A DNA stretch of 64,000 bases from Patescibacteria group bacterium UBA924 (GTDB lineage Bacteria; Patescibacteriota; Microgenomatia; UBA1400; PJMF01), in the NCBI GenBank assembly GCA_002293725.1, contig DBDU01000015.1, positions 19,793-83,792 of the forward strand, given 5' to 3'. Made by a program: the position numbers and the translations under genes. A model generated the notes under the pieces. The model had not been told where the DNA came from and ran no database searches. It saw nothing but the letters and a program-made list of their open reading frames with translations. Positions 34,768 through 44,967 of the stretch are shown here, piece after piece; the first letter of the stretch is position 1, and every line of letters begins with the position of its first letter.

Positions 34768-36537
34768 TTAGCGCTCTAAGACGGCCATAAACGCTTCTTG
34801 GTTCAGCTGTACTTTACCGATCTCTTTCATTCGTTTCTTGCCTTTGGCTTGCTTTTTCAGCAACTTCTGACGTCGAGTTACGTCACCGCCGTAGAGATGT
34901 GCCGTCACATCTTTTCGGTAGGCTTTAATCGTTTCGCGAGCGATAACTTTTCCGCCAATAGCAGCTTGAATCGGAACTTCAAACTGTTGACGTGGAATAA
35001 CTTCTTTAAGCTTCTTAACCAACTGTCGACCAATTTGTTCTGCCCGCTCGCGAACCACGATGACTGACAATGCATCAATGGGCTCATGCTGAACTACCAC
35101 ATTTAACTTGACTGCATCGATTGGTAGGTACTCAGTGACTTCATACTCTAAAGAAGCAAACCCAGAGGAAACTGACTTTAAGTGATCGTGAAAGTGAACA
35201 ATAATCTCGGCTAGAGGTAGCTCATACTCAATTCTGACCCGCGTCCCTACATCCTGTAAGCTCAGCATCTTGCCGCGATGATCCTCAGTCAACTGCATCA
35301 CTGACCCGAGGTACTCCTTAGGCGTGAACAAGATGGCATGAGTCATTGGTTCTTTGATCAATTTAATAGTGGCAGGATCCGGCATCTCGGCGGGAGTTTT
35401 CACTAACATCTCTGTTCCATCAGTCTTCTCCACTTGATAAGTAACCGAAGGCGATGTGGCAATCAGTTCAAGATTAAACTCACGTTCTAAACGCTCACGA
35501 ACAATCTCAGCATGCAAGATTCCCAAGAATCCTACTCGCAGACCATTTCCGAGCGCTGGTGAGTGTGTACCACTAAAGCGTAGGGCTGCATCATGGAGTG
35601 AAAGCTTAGCCATCGCATCTTGAAGAAGGACGAAGTCGTCTCCATCAATGGGATAAAACTCCATGTACACCATTGGCAGTGGTTCTTTATAGCCAGGTAA
35701 TCTGGTGACTGTATCGGCATTTGCAGCTGAAGTGATCGTGTCACCCACCGTTACTTGGCTCACATCTTTCAATCCAGTACAGATGTATCCAACCTCGCCA
35801 GCTTCTAAGTGATCAGTTGGCGTCATTTGGGGAGTAAATACGCCTATTTCAACAGGCAAGAAGTTGGCTTTAGTAGCCATCAGTTGCAGCTTCTGTTTAT
35901 CCAAGCGCCCATCCACGACGCGAATGTAGGCGATCACACCCTTGTGCTGGTCAAAGTGAGAAGTAAAAACTAAGGCTCGAAGTGGCGTGTTAACATCTCC
36001 CTGCGGGGGACGAATGTGTTGGACCACTGCCTCCATTAACGCCTCTGTGTTGAGTCCTGTTTTCGCAGAGACAGCCACGATCCTTTTTTCATCAATACCA
36101 AATGTTTCCATTAGTTCAAGGGAAACGGCATCGACATCGGCGGAGGGAAGATCAATTTTGTTGATCACTGGAATAATATCTAATCCCAGTTCCTTTGCTT
36201 TTTCATAGTTGGAAAGAGTTTGGGCTTGAACACCTTGAGTAGCGTCTACGACAAGTAGTGCTCCTTCACATGCAGCTAACGACCGACTCACTTCATAACC
36301 AAAATCGACGTGACCTGGAGTATCAATTAAGTTGAGAATGTGACCTTGGTACTCCATTCGGACAGGAGCCAACTTGATGGTGATACCGCGTTCTTTTTCA
36401 ATCGGATTACTATCCATCAACCGCTCAGTAAACTCACGTTGTGAGACAGTATGGGTTAACTCAAGCAAACGATCGGTCAAGGTAGTCTTGCCGTGATCGA
36501 TATGCGCAATGATAGAAAAGTTTCTGATATCGGACAA
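34768..36537 (-). CDS. lepA: Elongation factor 4 (LepA)
   Basis: IRNFSIIAHIDHGK, ERGITIK, DTPGHVDF, NKID and YGGDVTR. TTG start. Confidence 0.98.
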   Translation of the reverse strand: MSDIRNFSIIAHIDHGKTTLTDRLLELTHTVSQREFTERLMDSNPIEKERGITIKLAPVRMEYQGHILNLIDTPGHVDFGYEVSRSLAACEGALLVVDATQGVQAQTLSNYEKAKELGLDIIPVINKIDLPSADVDAVSLELMETFGIDEKRIVAVSAKTGLNTEALMEAVVQHIRPPQGDVNTPLRALVFTSHFDQHKGVIAYIRVVDGRLDKQKLQLMATKANFLPVEIGVFTPQMTPTDHLEAGEVGYICTGLKDVSQVTVGDTITSAANADTVTRLPGYKEPLPMVYMEFYPIDGDDFVLLQDAMAKLSLHDAALRFSGTHSPALGNGLRVGFLGILHAEIVRERLEREFNLELIATSPSVTYQVEKTDGTEMLVKTPAEMPDPATIKLIKEPMTHAILFTPKEYLGSVMQLTEDHRGKMLSLQDVGTRVRIEYELPLAEIIVHFHDHLKSVSSGFASLEYEVTEYLPIDAVKLNVVVQHEPIDALSVIVVRERAEQIGRQLVKKLKEVIPRQQFEVPIQAAIGGKVIARETIKAYRKDVTAHLYGGDVTRRQKLLKKQAKGKKRMKEIGKVQLNQEAFMAVLER

Positions 36538-36552
36538 ATTCGAGAGTACAGC

Positions 36553-36849
36553 TTACTTCTTGGAAGCTTTTGCTTTGGGCTTAGCGGCTGCTTTTGGTGC
36601 AGGGGCTGCTTCCGTTTTGGCTGCACGTTTAGCTAGTTGGCTCTTCATGCGAGATGCCTTTTTACGGTGGATGACGTGACGACGGACAGCTTTGTCGATT
36701 GCTGAAAAGGCTGAACTCAATGTTGCTGGCTCGGCTTTTTTCTTAGCAGCATCAACTGTTGTCTTCAAACGAGAACGAACAGGTGTGTTTACTTTAGCTT
36801 TGCGCTTACTCACTTTAAGCGCTTTCTTTGCGTTACGAAGAATTGGCAT
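36553..36849 (-). CDS. rpsT: 30S ribosomal protein S20
   Basis: P..R.AKK, IDKA.....IH..KASR.KS.L. Confidence 0.96.
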   Translation of the reverse strand: MPILRNAKKALKVSKRKAKVNTPVRSRLKTTVDAAKKKAEPATLSSAFSAIDKAVRRHVIHRKKASRMKSQLAKRAAKTEAAPAPKAAAKPKAKASKK

Positions 36850-36874
36850 GTGTATTTCCTTTACTAGACCTGCA

Positions 36875-36903
36875 ATTGTACAAAACTTTTCTCAAGATTA
36901 CAA
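36875..36903 (-). promoter_or_regulatory. Sigma70-type promoter of rpsT-lepA
   Basis: TTGTAA-N17-TACAAT (TG-extended) upstream of the SD AAGGA. Confidence 0.6.
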
Positions 36904-37003
36904 ACCCTTTTCCATTTATTCTCCTTTTTGGAGAGAAGAACTCCTCGCTTTCCAAGCAAGACAGAAGCGATTAAAATGAGAGTTCAAGCGAAAAGTAGTT
37001 TCT

Positions 37004-38695
37004 ATGGTATTCCGCCTCCCCAAGTTATTGAGCACCTACACTGACTGGCTCGAGAAACAGCAGAACAGTATTCTCTCTGCAGCAGTGATTATCACCGTAG
37101 CAAATATTGCCTCAGCTTTGTCTGGGTTAGTTCGTCAACGTTTACTGATCTCTCACTTTTTCGATACGTTATCTTCCCAGCAAGCGTATGAGGCATTTCT
37201 GTTGGCGTTTCAGATTCCCGACTTGATGTTTCAGTTGATCGTACTAGGAGCCGTTTCTGCTGCCTTCATTCCTATCTTGAGCATGTACAAGAACAATAAG
37301 GAAGAAGAGCTCCGTTACATGAACTCGATGATGAACAGCGTCATGTTGCTTTTTATTGCCGTTGGCGTGTTGGTTTTTATCTTTGCCGAACCGCTGACGA
37401 AGCTGCGCACAGGTGACGCTTTCACCGCTGAACAACTTCATATTGCGGTACAGATGACCAGAATCATGGTTTTTGCTCAGTTTTTCTTTGCTATCTCGAA
37501 CTTCTTTACCGGCATGTTGCAGTCCTATAAACGCTTCATTGTGCCTGCACTCGCACCAATTCTCTATAACGTTGGTATTTTGCTAGGAGCCTATCTCCTC
37601 TCTCCGTACTTTGGTATCTATGCGGCTGGAATTGGGGTGGTGCTGGGAGCGGCTCTTCATATGGTGATCCAAACACCACTCGTTTTTAAATTGGGCTTCC
37701 GCTTCAAACCCATTATGGCTTTGAAAGATCCTGCTGTAGTACGAACGTATAAGCTCACACCAGCTCGCACTGCTAGTCTGGCTATTAATCAAGTTCAACA
37801 GTTGGCAGACGGCTTTTTTACTACCTCGATTGGAAAGTTAAGTTACTTGATTATGAACTTGGCGTTCTCATTAATGACGATGCCAATTCGGTTTTTTGGC
37901 GTACCTATTAGTCAAGCAGCCCTGCCATTTTTATCCGATGAAGCCAATAGTCGCGATTTGGGTAGATTTAAAGATTTAGTCTTAAAATCGATTCACCAAA
38001 TCGCTTTCCTGGCTTATCCAGCATCAGTGCTGCTCTTAATCTTGCGTGTTCCCATTGTCCGTATTGCGTATGGAACACACAACTTCCCTTGGGAAACGAC
38101 TCTAATCACCGGCCGAGTTGTAGCGATCATCTCGTTGTCGATTGCTGCCCAATCTATTGTTCAGCTTCTCATCCGCTCTTTTTATGCATTAAAAGACACC
38201 AAAACACCACTGTACATCACTATTATTACGGTGGTTTTCTACATGATTGGCTCTGCGCTTTCCGTCTTCGTGTTTAAGCTGGGGGTAATCGGCATGGCAA
38301 CGGTACTTACAGTAGCCAATATTATTGAAATGCTGCTTTTCTTGTACTGCTTAGATAAACGAGTCAGTGGTTTTGCCCGCAAAGAGTTTTGGATTCCTCA
38401 AATTAAGATGATTATTACCAGCTTCTTGATGGCAATCTTCCTTTACTTACCATTCCGTATTCTTGATGAGTTAGTCTTTGATACTACCAGAACTATCGAA
38501 CTGATCTTACTAACGCTTAGTACGGGCACGATTGGTATGTTGGTCTATATCTACTTTGCGTTGCTCCTTGATATTCGCGAGCTGTATATCATTACCAGTT
38601 TGATTAATAAATTTGGCAACTGGCAGAAGCCTTTGGCTAAAAGTGAAGAAGTACTTGTCGAGTCCCCAAGCGCATCTGAAGACATGCAACCATAG
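37004..38695 (+). CDS. murJ: Lipid II flippase MurJ (MviN)
   Basis: G.VR, AF.IPD, GA.SAAFIP, R.FYAL.DTKTP; about 14 TMs. Confidence 0.93.
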   Translation: MVFRLPKLLSTYTDWLEKQQNSILSAAVIITVANIASALSGLVRQRLLISHFFDTLSSQQAYEAFLLAFQIPDLMFQLIVLGAVSAAFIPILSMYKNNKEEELRYMNSMMNSVMLLFIAVGVLVFIFAEPLTKLRTGDAFTAEQLHIAVQMTRIMVFAQFFFAISNFFTGMLQSYKRFIVPALAPILYNVGILLGAYLLSPYFGIYAAGIGVVLGAALHMVIQTPLVFKLGFRFKPIMALKDPAVVRTYKLTPARTASLAINQVQQLADGFFTTSIGKLSYLIMNLAFSLMTMPIRFFGVPISQAALPFLSDEANSRDLGRFKDLVLKSIHQIAFLAYPASVLLLILRVPIVRIAYGTHNFPWETTLITGRVVAIISLSIAAQSIVQLLIRSFYALKDTKTPLYITIITVVFYMIGSALSVFVFKLGVIGMATVLTVANIIEMLLFLYCLDKRVSGFARKEFWIPQIKMIITSFLMAIFLYLPFRILDELVFDTTRTIELILLTLSTGTIGMLVYIYFALLLDIRELYIITSLINKFGNWQKPLAKSEEVLVESPSASEDMQP

Positions 38696-38745
38696 AGAAG
38701 ACAGTTCTTGGTCAGCTGACCAACAGTGTGTACAATGGAAAAGGA

Positions 38746-39312
38746 ATGAAGAAGCCTGCCACTATTAAGGTCAATTTACTGCCGAAAGACCCGTTCCTCA
38801 GCACGCCTGTTGGGAAGTTATTGCAGTGGTCCTTATCGATTGGCCGTTACTTAATTATCTTTACCGAGCTGGTAGTGATTGTTAGCTTTGCCAGCCGTTT
38901 TACCATTGACCGACAGATTACAGACTTAAACACTGCCATTTTGCAGAAGGAAACAGTTATCAACTCATATGGTGAACTAGAGCAAAACGTTCGTGATGCC
39001 CAGAAAAAAATTGATAGCTATCAACAGATTCAGCAACAAGAAAATGTCACTGATATCTTCCCCACGTTAACTGAGGTCACACCCCCAGATGTCGTATTGA
39101 CTGATCTTCAGATGCGCCCGGGTCGGGTCACCTTAACAGGTACAACACTTTCAAATGTCTCCCTAGGTATTTTGATTAATAACTTGCAAGTTTCAGGACG
39201 CTTTACCGATGTAAGTGTGGAGCGGATTGGAACAGCAAAGGATACGAACAGCGGCCTTGGTTTTAAGATTGAGGCTAATGTCAAAAAAGTGGTAACCCAA
39301 AATGGCAACTAG
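38746..39312 (+). CDS. pilN: Type IV pilus alignment protein PilN
   Basis: VNLLP motif, a TM, a coiled coil and a ferredoxin-like domain (P.DV.L..L, F..V). Confidence 0.85.
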   Translation: MKKPATIKVNLLPKDPFLSTPVGKLLQWSLSIGRYLIIFTELVVIVSFASRFTIDRQITDLNTAILQKETVINSYGELEQNVRDAQKKIDSYQQIQQQENVTDIFPTLTEVTPPDVVLTDLQMRPGRVTLTGTTLSNVSLGILINNLQVSGRFTDVSVERIGTAKDTNSGLGFKIEANVKKVVTQNGN

Positions 39313-39967
39313 TCGCAGTAAACAACTGACCACCATGCTCTTGCAGTTCTACGATCGACCAATCGCCAAGGTCTCGTTGGAGCTTTTCTTTACGATTGGA
39401 GCAGTGATTATCTTTGCCATATTTGCTATTCGTCCCACCCTGCAAACAATGGGCGCTTTAGTCAAAGAACTCGATGATAAGCGTGCGCTTAATCAACGCT
39501 TGGCTCAAAAAGTTGCGGCGCTTTCTACTGCTCAAACGCAGTATCAATCTTTACAGGAGCGCTTAACTATTTTAGATGAAGCAATACCGCCAACCCCAGA
39601 ATTTGAAGAAGCCTTATTAGTGATTGAGAAGATCGCAAGTGAAAGTCAGCTAACAATTATTTCTCTTCAAGCCAAAGAGGTTCCTAAGGAACCGGAAACC
39701 GACGTTCCTTTTGCTCAAAAGTCACGCGTCAGTCGCCCCATTGTGTTGACCGTCATTGGTGACTATCCGTCTATTCGCGAGCTGATTGAGAACTTACAGT
39801 CTAATCGTCGTGTTCTTTCTGTTGATACCGTCGTTTTCTCTATTACTGAGCAACGAGGACGCAAAGTTCTGCAGGCAAACATAACTATAAATGTTCCATT
39901 CTTTGCCTACGATCCTGCTAAAGCGGCAACTCCAGCCCCAGCACCAACAGAAACACCTATTCCATGA
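39302..39967 (+). CDS. pilO: Type IV pilus alignment protein PilO
   Basis: TM, coiled coil, LD.AIP and G.Y......I..L....R. Follows pilN. Confidence 0.85.
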   Translation: MATSRSKQLTTMLLQFYDRPIAKVSLELFFTIGAVIIFAIFAIRPTLQTMGALVKELDDKRALNQRLAQKVAALSTAQTQYQSLQERLTILDEAIPPTPEFEEALLVIEKIASESQLTIISLQAKEVPKEPETDVPFAQKSRVSRPIVLTVIGDYPSIRELIENLQSNRRVLSVDTVVFSITEQRGRKVLQANITINVPFFAYDPAKAATPAPAPTETPIP

Positions 39968-40479
39968 AAACACAGCTCTCTCAACTCCAGCAAAAACAAA
40001 CCTTCCTGAAAATCCTGATCTTCACTTTAGTGACAGTGATTGTTTGGGTAGGATTGACGCTTTTCAGAACTCAACGAGAAACTGGAATTTCTCCTGAACT
40101 GCTAAAGATGGCGGAGGCTTTGAATCCGAACATTAATGAAGAGGTTATTAGCCAAATTGAACAAAAACGAGCATTTAGCCCAGAGGAGCTGAGTGACTTC
40201 CCTGTGTACTCAATTGTCACTTCTAAAACTGGTGAAGAATCAATCGTTGTCTTTACAGCTTCAGATAGATCTCGGCGTGTACTGGAAACTGGAACAGGAA
40301 CAAATGCCCCAGCAACTCCAAATCAAGATACAGCTCCTGGCATTCCGACAGAAACACAACCAACTGAAAATGGCGGAACGGTGAGTGTAGAACCCGCTAA
40401 TCCACAGCAACCCATCGACGTGATTCCCCCCGACCAAGCTCCTCCTGAAACAGGACCTGTTCCACCTCCAGGTACATAG
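39964..40479 (+). CDS. Membrane-anchored protein with Pro/Thr-rich tail (in the PilP position)
   Basis: ATGA overlap with pilO, an N-terminal TM and a low-complexity C-terminus. Confidence 0.65.
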   Translation: MKTQLSQLQQKQTFLKILIFTLVTVIVWVGLTLFRTQRETGISPELLKMAEALNPNINEEVISQIEQKRAFSPEELSDFPVYSIVTSKTGEESIVVFTASDRSRRVLETGTGTNAPATPNQDTAPGIPTETQPTENGGTVSVEPANPQQPIDVIPPDQAPPETGPVPPPGT

Positions 40480-40575
40480 GTTTTCAACTCTGCCTTAATG
40501 TATCGTTTTGTTCTATTTATTTCGTATCTTTTTCGCGTTGTTTTCCCAGACTAAGTTCTCTACAGTAATAAGGAC

Positions 40576-42141
40576 ATGAAACGCGCGTTTGCCCAACGTC
40601 AAATCCCGACTTTGCTAGGCTTAGGAGTATTAATTGCTTCTTTAGTGGGTGGTATTGCCTTCATTGGTACTGGAGGTGGCGTTTTTGCACCCCGAGCAAC
40701 TCCACAAACTACACCTAAAAATCTAAAAATCACCAATGTCAAAGACACTGGACTGACGATCTCGTTCATGACCGACGAAGCTACAGCTGGCTTCGTCAAG
40801 TATGGTAAGTCTGCTGACAGTATGACTACCCAAGCTAGCGATGATCGAGACCAACTCGCTGGGACGGTTAATCAATACAGTAGTCACTACATCACTTTGC
40901 GAGATCTTGATCCAGGAACAGAGTACTTCTTCACCGTCGGGACAACCTCCGTCCCCAAGTTTGATAATAATGGCGTACCTTTTACCGTAAAAACTGCTAA
41001 TCGAGGTGGAAGCCCCACCGCAGCCAAAACTGCGTATGGAACTATTAATAACTCCACTGGCGCTCCAGCTGATGGAGCTATCGTTTACATGACGATGAAT
41101 GGCGTAGCAGAGCTTTCAGCATTGGTCAAAGGTTCTGGTAGTTGGGCAATTCCACTCTCTAATGCTCGTACTGCAGATCTCTCTGGTTACGCGAACTTGC
41201 AGCCAACAGATACTGTTCAAATCTTTGTTCAAGGTACCCAAATTAACGAAACTGGCGCAGCTCAACTCCCTGTTTCAGATACACAACCAGTTCCCACCAT
41301 TACGTTAGGGAGCGGGAGTGCCGCCACCGACACTGGCCTTCAGGCAGAATCAACGCAAACAGCTCCTGAAGAGTTTACAACGGCTTCCGAAGACTCTCTG
41401 GCTTCCTTATCAACAACCGAGACAGATACAGAAAATACTGGGGCAGGTCCAATAACTGACCCTAATGAACTTACTGCAATTGCAATGCGCTCACCTGTTC
41501 CTTCTACTCAACCTGAGATGGAAACCCAAAATACTCAAATGGTTGATACTGTGGATCTGACAATTCCCGAACAGCAAACGGTAGAAACAGGACAGCCAAC
41601 AATCACCGGTAAGGCAGCTCCTAACATTCTTATTACTGTTCAAGTAAACTCCGAGACCCAGATTACAACTCAAGTTCAAACAGACGCTGAGGGAAACTTT
41701 GTCTTGCCTTTAAGTAACGGTGATCAAACCTTAGAGCCTGGTGAGCACACCGTGACTTATAGTTATACTGATCCAGTTACGGGAGAAGAAAAAAGCGTTA
41801 CAAGAACTTTTTTTGTTTCAGGGCCAGGAAATGATACTGCACTACTGGCTCAAGCCAATCCTAGTCCAACCCCATTTGGCTCTCAAAACCCATTCACTAT
41901 TCCGTCACCTTCTCCATCACCAAGCCTGTTACCGTCGCCAACAGCTTCGGCTAGTGCCACGCCTTCAGCTTCTCCAAGAGTTGTCGTGCCGGCGACCGAC
42001 AGTGCTATTCCAAGATCTGGGTCTACAAGTGTAACAATAGCGTTAATTGTGGGTGGGTTCTTCATGATTGGCTTAGGCGTATGGAGTTATCGCTATAACT
42101 TGCGACAGGCGCTTATTGATTCAGAAGAAGACTCCGCCTAA
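40576..42141 (+). CDS. Surface protein with FN3-like and Ig-like domains, SP-rich linker and C-terminal TM
   Basis: P.NL.ITN, G.V.YG, L..L.P.T.Y.F.V (FN3), P.ITG.A (Ig-like), an SPSPSP tract and IPRSG before the TM. Confidence 0.8.
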   Translation: MKRAFAQRQIPTLLGLGVLIASLVGGIAFIGTGGGVFAPRATPQTTPKNLKITNVKDTGLTISFMTDEATAGFVKYGKSADSMTTQASDDRDQLAGTVNQYSSHYITLRDLDPGTEYFFTVGTTSVPKFDNNGVPFTVKTANRGGSPTAAKTAYGTINNSTGAPADGAIVYMTMNGVAELSALVKGSGSWAIPLSNARTADLSGYANLQPTDTVQIFVQGTQINETGAAQLPVSDTQPVPTITLGSGSAATDTGLQAESTQTAPEEFTTASEDSLASLSTTETDTENTGAGPITDPNELTAIAMRSPVPSTQPEMETQNTQMVDTVDLTIPEQQTVETGQPTITGKAAPNILITVQVNSETQITTQVQTDAEGNFVLPLSNGDQTLEPGEHTVTYSYTDPVTGEEKSVTRTFFVSGPGNDTALLAQANPSPTPFGSQNPFTIPSPSPSPSLLPSPTASASATPSASPRVVVPATDSAIPRSGSTSVTIALIVGGFFMIGLGVWSYRYNLRQALIDSEEDSA

Positions 42142-42153
42142 CATACAAGTCTT

Positions 42154-42879
42154 GTGCACACTGCTTCGTATCACCTCAGCTGGCAGAAAAGGCTCTTTGA
42201 CATTTGCATGTCCTTAGTTTTGGTGACGGCGCTTCTGCCGGTCTTTTGCACAGTGGTTCTACTAGTTCTCGCTTTCTCAGGACAGCCAATTCTTTTTTGG
42301 CAAGAGCGGATGGGTCATGGTAAAAAACCATTTAAAATGCTGAAGTTTCGAACCATGCGACATGACGCAGAGAAAGAAAAAAAGAAGCTCCTCAAGTATA
42401 ACGAAGCACCGCAACCCATGTTTAAGATGCGAAATGATCCTCGCTTTACAAAGGTTGGCCGCTTCCTGTCTCGAACAGGTCTAGATGAACTTCCTCAGTT
42501 CTTTCATGTTCTAACTGGAAAGATGAGCTTTATTGGGCCCCGACCTTTACCGATTAAAGAAGCTCAAAAACTCCCTAAAGATTGGGACTTCCGCTATAAC
42601 ATTAAACCAGGAATTATCTCTCACTGGGCTGTAGCAACCGATCGTTATACATCCCTTAAACGCTGGCGAGAGCTTGATCAGCAGACTGTCGACACTGGTT
42701 CGCTTCGTTCAGATATGAAGTTAATCGGACAGTGTTTCTACTTTTTACTACCGTCAAAAATCAAGGCACTGTTAAAGAAAAGCCGTGTAGGAGCTGGCGG
42801 TACGCTGCCACGTATATCGTCGCAAAACACGACGGTCGTTAGTCGAAAACGGGCGCCGCTTCGCTCTTTTGTGCAGTAG
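42154..42879 (+). CDS. Initiating sugar (phosphoglycosyl) transferase, Bac_transf family
   Basis: KRLFDI, KFRTM, DPRFT, LDELPQ, SFIGPRP and KPGI. Confidence 0.93.
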   Translation: MHTASYHLSWQKRLFDICMSLVLVTALLPVFCTVVLLVLAFSGQPILFWQERMGHGKKPFKMLKFRTMRHDAEKEKKKLLKYNEAPQPMFKMRNDPRFTKVGRFLSRTGLDELPQFFHVLTGKMSFIGPRPLPIKEAQKLPKDWDFRYNIKPGIISHWAVATDRYTSLKRWRELDQQTVDTGSLRSDMKLIGQCFYFLLPSKIKALLKKSRVGAGGTLPRISSQNTTVVSRKRAPLRSFVQ

Positions 42880-43860
42880 CTGTTTGAGTACCCGATTAAA
42901 ATCTTCCTGACTACTTGCTTCAAATGTTTCAATAAGTGGCAAACTGGCAAAGTCACTAGGCAAGATACCGTGTGCAAGGAGGGAGGGCGTCCTCATTGCT
43001 ACTGCCTCCAGAATAGTAATAGGAAAGCCTTCTAGTTCTGAAGGAAGAACTAAGTACTTGGCTTGGGCTAAGACTTCCCATTTTTCTTGACCAATTGCTG
43101 AGCCATACCAATTCACGTACTTACTTTGATACTGCTGACGCAGTTTCTTTTCGTAGTCTGGCGTATTGCCATGTGTTCCCACGATCAAACAAGGCACACC
43201 TTGCGTTGCACTAAACTCCAGTAACCACTCAACTCTTTTTTCTGGTACGAGACGACCTAGATACAACAGATAGTCCTGACGTTTCATGTGATGATCAAGG
43301 TGTGGCGGATGCGGGATGCCAGGATAGGCTACGTGACACTCTCTCTTACTAATCTGGCGAATTTTTTCGGCCAAGGCTTCGGTTACTGCAAACAGCTCTC
43401 CATTGCGGACCACTCGCATAATAAACTCAGAAGAGATCCTAAAACTGAGGCTTTCTGTTCTTCCCCATTTTTTGCGTTGCCAGTCTAAACTGTGAATAGT
43501 GACCCAAATTTTTTTGCCAAATAAAGCAGGGATCCAAGCACCAATTGCCATACCGGCAGTGTGATACCAGACCACATCTGCTTTGGAAAAAGCAGCAATG
43601 ATGGAGGCCATCAGACTATAACTCACCGCTTCCAGAATTTTTCCTGGTAAAGCAATTAGACCTCGGACTTGGACTCGCTCCAATGGAGTACTAGAGACAA
43701 CTTGCTCCTGGTAGGTAGTTCTGGTCAGAACAGTAACTTCTAACTCTTTTTCTGCCTGTACAAGCGCTGACACAGCCGAGTAGACGTATGTTTCCACCCC
43801 ACTTGTTCCCACAAAGTCAGCTGGAAAAGCACGTGGCCCAATAATAAGTAATTTTTTCAT
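42772..43860 (-). CDS. Glycosyltransferase family 4
   Basis: GVE, TIHSLDWQRKKW, YLGRLVPEK and PS..EGFPI..LEA. Confidence 0.9.
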   Translation of the reverse strand: MKKLLIIGPRAFPADFVGTSGVETYVYSAVSALVQAEKELEVTVLTRTTYQEQVVSSTPLERVQVRGLIALPGKILEAVSYSLMASIIAAFSKADVVWYHTAGMAIGAWIPALFGKKIWVTIHSLDWQRKKWGRTESLSFRISSEFIMRVVRNGELFAVTEALAEKIRQISKRECHVAYPGIPHPPHLDHHMKRQDYLLYLGRLVPEKRVEWLLEFSATQGVPCLIVGTHGNTPDYEKKLRQQYQSKYVNWYGSAIGQEKWEVLAQAKYLVLPSELEGFPITILEAVAMRTPSLLAHGILPSDFASLPLIETFEASSQEDFNRVLKQLLHKRAKRRPFSTNDRRVLRRYTWQRTASSYTAFL

Positions 43861-43866
43861 GACACA

Positions 43867-44967
43867 TCACCTAGTTTTTAGTACTTCTTCGATCCTTCGG
43901 GCAAAGACCTCGGGCCGAAAGCCTTTGGCAAAGGTAACGCAAGCACTGGGTTGTAGGGGCTGGCGTTCTAACTTTCGTACTGCTGCGTACAATGCTGCTG
44001 GCGTTTTATCTTTAAAATAATACCCTGTTTTCCCTTCCTTAATCGTCTCAAGTACACCACCACTTCGATATGCTATTACTGGAACACCCAACATTTGTGC
44101 CTCCAACGGGACAATGCCAAAATCTTCCTCCTCTGCAGCATACAGCAGGGCAATAGCAGATTGATAGAGTTTAGGTAGTTTTTGATCATCAACAAAACCT
44201 AAGAACTCGACTGTTTTCCCAGCACTCTGTTGGAGTAAAGAGTGCAAGTACCCTGTTCCTACCACTTTCAATGGCAGTTCATATTGAGTACAAGTTCTCA
44301 CAATCAGGTCCAAACCCTTCTGCTTCACCAGACGACTATGGGCAACATAGTACTGTTTGTGCTTCATTGCTGTGTTTTTGGTGGTTACTTGCTTAACAGA
44401 TACAGGTGGGTAAACAATAGCTGCTGTCCGACGATATATCTTCTGAACTCGTTGTTGAACTTCTTGCGAGTTAGCTACCAGGTGGGTAGGTCGCTGAGCA
44501 GCTCGGAAGTCAACTCGCTTTAAGTAGGCAAAAAACCATCCCAAAAAAGGAAGTTTGGTGAGATGAGCTAGTTCATGTCGATAGCCATATAGAAAACGGG
44601 GCGGTGTATGAATATAAGAAAGATGAACTGCTTCCTTATCTACTTTAACAGCCTTAGCGTTGTATGAATGCGTAGAGCTGATAACAAGATCGTAATCTCG
44701 GAGGTCAAGGTGGTGAAAGTGCCACCATGCTAAGGGCTTCAAGACCGAAAAGTACTGCTTAAGAAAAGATAACCATTGAAATGGTTGAATAAATGATCCA
44801 TGCCATCGGTGAGCATCAAACTGTTTACTGAGCTGTTCGTTCTTAGTATTAAAGAAAAAAGTATAGAGATCAGCATGGGGGAATATTTTGATCAGCGCTT
44901 CCACTACTCGTTCAGAACCGCCATATTCAAGTAAGTTATCGTGAACAATAGCAACTTTTCTTTTCAT
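43867..44967 (-). CDS. Glycosyltransferase family 4 (WbaZ-like mannosyltransferase)
   Basis: VHD.L...GGSERV, HTPPR.LY and EEDFGIVPLEA. Confidence 0.92.
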   Translation of the reverse strand: MKRKVAIVHDNLLEYGGSERVVEALIKIFPHADLYTFFFNTKNEQLSKQFDAHRWHGSFIQPFQWLSFLKQYFSVLKPLAWWHFHHLDLRDYDLVISSTHSYNAKAVKVDKEAVHLSYIHTPPRFLYGYRHELAHLTKLPFLGWFFAYLKRVDFRAAQRPTHLVANSQEVQQRVQKIYRRTAAIVYPPVSVKQVTTKNTAMKHKQYYVAHSRLVKQKGLDLIVRTCTQYELPLKVVGTGYLHSLLQQSAGKTVEFLGFVDDQKLPKLYQSAIALLYAAEEEDFGIVPLEAQMLGVPVIAYRSGGVLETIKEGKTGYYFKDKTPAALYAAVRKLERQPLQPSACVTFAKGFRPEVFARRIEEVLKTR

